Shown here: positions 27,976-32,298 of the stretch, one piece after another | How the letters are laid out: each line of letters opens with the position of its first letter | How positions within the stretch are numbered: position 1 is the stretch's first letter | Source: a virus | Taxonomy: Duplodnaviria; Caudoviricetes | Virus record (IMG/VR): IMGVR_UViG_3300037462_000297 | Location: 1 to 32,298 of that record | Length of the DNA stretch: 32,298 nucleotides | Direction: 5' to 3' (one strand) | Made by a program: the position numbers and the translations under genes | Notes under the pieces: generated by a model | Database searches by the model: none | Told to the model about the DNA's origin: nothing | Seen by the model: only the letters and a program-made list of their open reading frames with translations

Positions 27976-29063
27976 TGAATAGATATGATATTCTGATGGG
28001 GCGAAACCGCCTCACATTTCGGCACGATGGGTTTGGTAATACAAAAACCATTTTTGCCGAATTTTCGCTCGATAACGAGCCGATTGCCACCGCCGCCGCC
28101 GACCACAATGGCAGCGATTACCGCTTTGAGGATGTACAAAAGCTTTTGCCTACGTACATTCCAGAATTACCGATTTTTGTCAATAGCATATCGGTAACTG
28201 ACCCCGTGCGTGAACTTCAAATCAAGTTTTTTCAGGAAGATAAAACAGCGTTTGAAACTTACAAAATAATGCTCAATGCGGGGGTTGGCAGAGCGATTCA
28301 GGGTATTCGTAAGCTGAATACTACTCCGGCTTTATTCTTGAGTAATCAGCCAAGATTGCGAAAAACAAGTATTGAGAATGAAGAACACATTTGGTTTGTG
28401 AACAATTTTGAGGGTAATAATTCAGTAAACTACGTGCGTATCACCGGCACGTACGACGATAACCCTAATCTGTCATTTACCTACGAAATTGATTTCGTAG
28501 CGTTTCTTGACAAAATTTATGGTTTTAACTTATTACCATATTTGGCATTAACCCGCATCAATAACGGTTTGTCGTTAGCAAATAAAACACCTGGCGACGT
28601 TTTACAGCTTGAGGTTTCGATTTGGAACGGCCCGATTGCTAACCAAAACGCCGAGCGACTAACTGAATACATTGAATTTGAGGTTGTTGAGCCTACCGAC
28701 GATATAATCAGGCTTAAATTTTTAAATAGTTTCGGTGTTTTTGAGACTGTGAACCTCAGAGGCACGTACAAGCTCTCGCAGGAGCTTGACTACCTGAGCG
28801 TCGAATCTGAAGATGAATTTACCAACGAAGAGACCTCTTACTATCAAAAACTTACGCTTAACATCGGAGAGCTGGAGCAGGGTTATTTAAGATTTTTGAG
28901 AGAAATTCTTATATCAAAATCGGTTTGGATTTTCTTAGATAACCTCGAAAACCGTATCGTGCCGATTACCAAAACGTTTAATTACGATGATTCAAAAGCG
29001 GCATTTGATACGGCTCAACTCGAATTTCGTTATGTTTTTACCGAAAATAATTACACGCTATGA
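27975..29063 (+). CDS. Tail-tip (distal tail-like) protein
   Basis: Coupled to the tape measure gene; FLNSFGVFETVNLRG motif; acidic and beta-rich. Confidence 0.6.
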   Translation: MNRYDILMGRNRLTFRHDGFGNTKTIFAEFSLDNEPIATAAADHNGSDYRFEDVQKLLPTYIPELPIFVNSISVTDPVRELQIKFFQEDKTAFETYKIMLNAGVGRAIQGIRKLNTTPALFLSNQPRLRKTSIENEEHIWFVNNFEGNNSVNYVRITGTYDDNPNLSFTYEIDFVAFLDKIYGFNLLPYLALTRINNGLSLANKTPGDVLQLEVSIWNGPIANQNAERLTEYIEFEVVEPTDDIIRLKFLNSFGVFETVNLRGTYKLSQELDYLSVESEDEFTNEETSYYQKLTLNIGELEQGYLRFLREILISKSVWIFLDNLENRIVPITKTFNYDDSKAAFDTAQLEFRYVFTENNYTL

Positions 29064-30874
29064 GGCTATACATAGACGGCACTGAGGCTGATTTATCACC
29101 TTCTCAAGTTGTTACAAATCAATATAATTCGGCCCTGACTAATTTCAGTTTGCAGGGCGATAAATCTTATAACTATACTTTACCGAACACGCAAAAAAAT
29201 CGGAATTTGCTTGGAATTTCTGAAAATTACCAGCAAAAAACCGAAATAAAGAACCCGATTAGCTCGATGCAAATCGGTGGCTTGAGAGTTATCGAAGGCA
29301 AAATGCGGCCTAAGAAGAAAAATCGACAGTCTATTCAGGTAGATGTAATCGTGCCTCCGGCGGGTATGAGTGCGGATTTTTGGAACACAAGTATCCGAAA
29401 GTTAGACCTCGGTAGCGACACGCTGCCGTCGGTGCCGGTCATTACGGATTTTTGGGCGATTTCTATGGATAGTTTTGGGGTGGCTTTTGGCGGAGCTTCG
29501 GGAGCTAAATCCAATTTAAGAGCATACTTACAATTCGGTCTTCACACGATTGAGGTTATTGTTAATAACGTAACTATCTTTAGACATCGCCTCACAAATA
29601 CTTATTTTGAAGCAAATTTTGGCGAATTATCGGCAAAATTCGCTGAATACAATACAAGCCCTTCGCTTGCAGGTACGAAGCTCTACTTGTCGGACAACTA
29701 CATCAACATTGAGGGCTCTGCGGTCAGGAATGTTAAGCTCAAGGTGTATTTTGCCACCCGCCCGGATGTCTTTGGCTATTTGGAGTTTACGAGCTTCAAA
29801 AGACTCGAATACAATTCGGTCAATTTCTACCTAAAGCACGAAAATTTAAAGTCAAAAAAATACTTTTTCCCGACTATTCAAGCTCCTAAATTTTACAATG
29901 AACAGGGCGAATATGAGGGCGTTATCAATGCCCGAAACGGTATCGAACTGAAGCTCGCAGACTGGCGGACACGAACGATGTTGCCGCTCGTTCCATCTTT
30001 TTATTTTGCTGATATATTCGAGAAAATAATTTTGCTGATTGGCTACACTTGGAAAGCTCCGCTCGATGAGCGATTATCGACACTTTCGATTTGTAGTTTT
30101 AGGGATTTTTCGGGACAAATGCCCGGAACCGATTTTCCTATCAATGTATATCGTAATAAATTGGTTTTTGCCGATTATATGCCCGACTGGAGCGTATTAG
30201 AGTTCTTTGACCAATTTGCCTTACTTGCGGGCGGAATGTGGATTTTTGATACGAATAATCGTACCGTAGAATTTGTCAGTTTTGATAAAATTATCAATGC
30301 AAAACCCGTAGTGATTCATAATGTGGACATCAAAGAAGAAAGCTACGATAAGATTACCGAATATCAACTTGCTTACAGCGACTTGATTACCGAAGAGCAA
30401 ACGAGCGAGCAACTAAAATCATTTTTTGCTGATACGCCAGTCGTGGAAAACGGGACAAAGCTAAATCAAAAATTGATTCCGTTGGCACCGTTGGCTACGC
30501 CTGAGCAACAGGCTTATTGCTCGGCTCTGACGGTCGGAGCCTCAGAATTGTTTAATTTGAAAGAAGAAAACCCGGCTCCTCGTGTTTTCTTCTGGAGCAA
30601 CCTTGAGGCAAAAATTAGCACAACTGAGCTTACACTCAGCCGGGCTGGAGATAAATCATTCTACAAGTTATTTTGGGAGAATTTTTTGAAGGTTCGGAAA
30701 GGCCGTAAAGTGACAGTAATCGCCTATTTGAGCATCGTAAATTTCTTCAAGTTAAAATTTGAAACGCCAATTCAATTCAAGAATATTAATCATATTTTGA
30801 ATCGAAAAACGGCTAAATTTCAAAAAAACAAACAACTCTATGAAGTAGAGCTGGAGCTTGAGCAATTGTCTTAA
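29060..30874 (+). CDS. Tail-tip/baseplate hub-like protein
   Basis: MRLYIDG..DL...SYNYTLPNTQKN N-terminus typical of siphovirus tail proteins; last gene of the late block. Confidence 0.65.
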   Translation: MRLYIDGTEADLSPSQVVTNQYNSALTNFSLQGDKSYNYTLPNTQKNRNLLGISENYQQKTEIKNPISSMQIGGLRVIEGKMRPKKKNRQSIQVDVIVPPAGMSADFWNTSIRKLDLGSDTLPSVPVITDFWAISMDSFGVAFGGASGAKSNLRAYLQFGLHTIEVIVNNVTIFRHRLTNTYFEANFGELSAKFAEYNTSPSLAGTKLYLSDNYINIEGSAVRNVKLKVYFATRPDVFGYLEFTSFKRLEYNSVNFYLKHENLKSKKYFFPTIQAPKFYNEQGEYEGVINARNGIELKLADWRTRTMLPLVPSFYFADIFEKIILLIGYTWKAPLDERLSTLSICSFRDFSGQMPGTDFPINVYRNKLVFADYMPDWSVLEFFDQFALLAGGMWIFDTNNRTVEFVSFDKIINAKPVVIHNVDIKEESYDKITEYQLAYSDLITEEQTSEQLKSFFADTPVVENGTKLNQKLIPLAPLATPEQQAYCSALTVGASELFNLKEENPAPRVFFWSNLEAKISTTELTLSRAGDKSFYKLFWENFLKVRKGRKVTVIAYLSIVNFFKLKFETPIQFKNINHILNRKTAKFQKNKQLYEVELELEQLS

Positions 30875-30888
30875 AGCGGAGAATAATA

Positions 30889-30932
30889 GCCCGCCCTCCG
30901 ACAATAAGCTAAGAGGGCGGGCAATTTTTTTT
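30889..30932. terminator. Terminator between the late operon and the convergent minus-strand genes
   Basis: GCCCGCCCTC...GAGGGCGGGC followed by AATTTTTTTT. Confidence 0.7.
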
Positions 30933-30933
30933 G

Positions 30934-31029
30934 AATTCCAACTGCCGTATTACAAAATGGCTGCACCGGCGGTTCGCTATCGCTCAACTCGCCTTAGTTT
31001 GCATTTCGCAATACTTTTAGGTTGGAATT
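30934..31029 (-). repeat. attC-like imperfect palindrome 1
   Basis: AATTCCAAC...GTTGGAATT ends; inner arms GTATTACAAAATG/CATTTCGCAATAC; central TTCGCT...GCTCA; abuts the stop codon of the upstream minus-strand ORF. Confidence 0.7.
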
Positions 31030-31213
31030 AAAGCAAAATCTCTTCTAAATCTTGCATGATTGGCGACATATCAGCCTCAATGTTTTTTGCAAGTTCTGGG
31101 TGTTCTTCTCTAATACAGTCAAGGCACATCCAGTTTGCAGGTACTTCGCCTATCGGAGCAGTTCTATGCAACATCTTCTTATCGCAAGAACAATTACATT
31201 TTTTACAGTTCAT
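31028..31213 (-). CDS. Small Cys-rich (putative zinc-binding) protein
   Basis: Likely start MNCKKC; CxxC...CxxC; stop TAA adjoins TTCCAAC. Confidence 0.65.
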   Translation of the reverse strand: MNCKKCNCSCDKKMLHRTAPIGEVPANWMCLDCIREEHPELAKNIEADMSPIMQDLEEILL

Positions 31214-31284
31214 TGTTATTAAATTTATCGTGAGACCTTGCGGTCGCTTTGTATTCAAAATTCTTTTAAGTCTCAAAAACCGTA

Positions 31285-31614
31285 TTAAGAATCGGTGTAA
31301 ATACTATGCAATAATTCAAATTTTCTTAAAATTTCACGCTCGCTTTCTGAATTGACAAAATTGTAAGAAACTCTACAAATCCATAGCACATCGTCCTTGT
31401 TAATTTTAAGAGAGTTAAATTCATCAAAACACCTCGCTTTAATAAAATCTAAATGATATGAATATTCATTAACTTCACTCTTTTCGTTTACCTTTTGTAC
31501 GTCAAAAACAACGTTAAACCATCCATCTTTAAGTAAATTTCTATTTTCCAAAAAATTCTTCAGGCTATTCCAAGAAGGAAATTGATATGGCAATTGATTG
31601 ATAATTACAGACAT
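31285..31614 (-). CDS. Hypothetical protein (AT-rich)
   Basis: 109-aa ORF with an A-rich leader and an upstream hairpin. Confidence 0.65.
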   Translation of the reverse strand: MSVIINQLPYQFPSWNSLKNFLENRNLLKDGWFNVVFDVQKVNEKSEVNEYSYHLDFIKARCFDEFNSLKINKDDVLWICRVSYNFVNSESEREILRKFELLHSIYTDS

Positions 31615-31669
31615 TTCTTTATTATTTACGAGCGACCTTGCGGTCGCTTGGTTTGCAAATATTTTTGTT

Positions 31670-31749
31670 TCCCAACTCGATAATGACGTAAAAGCTATGC
31701 AAATTTCGCTTAGCTCATTACGTCGTCATCGTCATTATAAAGGTTGGAA
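31670..31749 (-). repeat. attC-like imperfect palindrome 2
   Basis: TCCCAAC...GTTGGAA ends; inner arms ATAATGACG/CGTCATTAT; central TTCGCTTAGCTCA; abuts the stop at 31750-31752. Confidence 0.7.
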
Positions 31750-31965
31750 TTAAGAAACTCCGAAAAACTGTTCAGCAGTTGTTTCAATTCCTATAATTCC
31801 ATCAGGGCTAATTTCTAATATTTTTTGAAAAAGCCCAAATTTTACTTGTGGATGGTATTGTAAAGAACTTCCAGTACACAAATAATTTGCGACTCTGCCA
31901 CAGTCTTGCAAATTTTTAGGCTTGAACTTTTCAAAGGCATAGTTTAAATCAAAAGTATTTTCCAT
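31750..31965 (-). CDS. Small hypothetical protein
   Basis: 71-aa ORF whose TAA is immediately followed by TTCCAAC on the coding strand. Confidence 0.65.
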   Translation of the reverse strand: MENTFDLNYAFEKFKPKNLQDCGRVANYLCTGSSLQYHPQVKFGLFQKILEISPDGIIGIETTAEQFFGVS

Positions 31966-32219
31966 AAAAAATATGCCCTCGAATGAGGGCTATTTAATAC
32001 TAACAAAAGAAATTATTATAACATACTGAATCAACATGAAACAAAAAAAATGTTTGGGTTTTTTGGCCTCAAGACAAATAAAGAACAAAACGCTTCACTG
32101 GTGAAACAATAAATTTAACAGTATAAAAATAATCAAAAGTAATCAAAATCGAAAGCAAATGAGCAAAAAAATATCATGTCTTCGACATGATATTAGCGAG
32201 GTCTTCGACCTGTTTAATA

Positions 32220-32298
32220 CTCCAACTTTCGCATTATCGCAAATGGCAGCAGGTTCGCTTTGCTCACCACTTGCACTTCGTAATGCTACTGGTTGGAA
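32220..32298 (-). repeat. attC-like imperfect palindrome 3 (at the window edge)
   Basis: CTCCAAC...GTTGGAA ends; inner arms GCATTA/TAATGC; central TTCGCTTTGCTCA. Confidence 0.68.

Larger units (their letters stand above)
1..32298. mobile_element. Temperate phage/prophage (siphovirus-like, probable Bacteroidota host); both ends lie outside the window
   Basis: Co-oriented block of terminase, portal, S49 protease, capsid, tail tube, tape measure and endolysin next to a tyrosine recombinase; no tail sheath gene recognised. Confidence 0.93.

Noticed and set aside
1153-30412. Many alternative-frame and antisense ORFs in the six-frame track (e.g. 4649-5038, 5363-5824, 8110-8577, 25131-25604)
   Set aside because: They overlap longer, coherent, translationally coupled phage genes and show no recognisable motifs; treated as shadow ORFs
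31991-32170. Possible small membrane-protein gene on the minus strand
   Set aside because: The hydrophobic-looking frames are broken by stops and could simply reflect T-rich composition; it may be a decayed gene but this cannot be supported
30934-32298. CRISPR array interpretation of the GGTTGGAA repeats
   Set aside because: Repeats are 500-700 bp apart with whole ORFs between them, the units are long imperfect palindromes, and no cas genes are present
1-32298. Gene transfer agent or contractile tailocin
   Set aside because: An integrase, accessory cargo and full head and packaging genes are present and no sheath was recognised; the missing replication genes may simply lie outside the window

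Overview
The window is almost entirely the late (virion morphogenesis and lysis) region of a temperate, siphovirus-like prophage. The host is probably a Bacteroidota member, inferred from TAnnTTTG-type promoters, Q-starting signal peptides and AT-rich translation starts without Shine-Dalgarno sequences. Left to right: the 3' part of a divergent tyrosine recombinase; a convergent secreted-protein moron; a small putative regulator; a three-gene block with a GH42-like glycosidase and an Ig-repeat protein; S49 head protease, major capsid, tail tube, PLD-like nuclease and terminase; an accessory insert with its own promoter; portal and head-tail genes; an N-acetylmuramidase endolysin with two small membrane proteins; a fibre-like protein with a signal peptide; a spanin-like pair; tape measure and tail-tip genes. 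At the right end, small minus-strand ORFs are separated by three attC-like imperfect palindromes (TTCCAAC...GTTGGAA), resembling an integron-type cassette array inside the phage. A TGTCCTTT motif precedes four plus-strand gene starts and is a candidate phage late promoter. All product calls come from motif recognition and synteny, not database searches.
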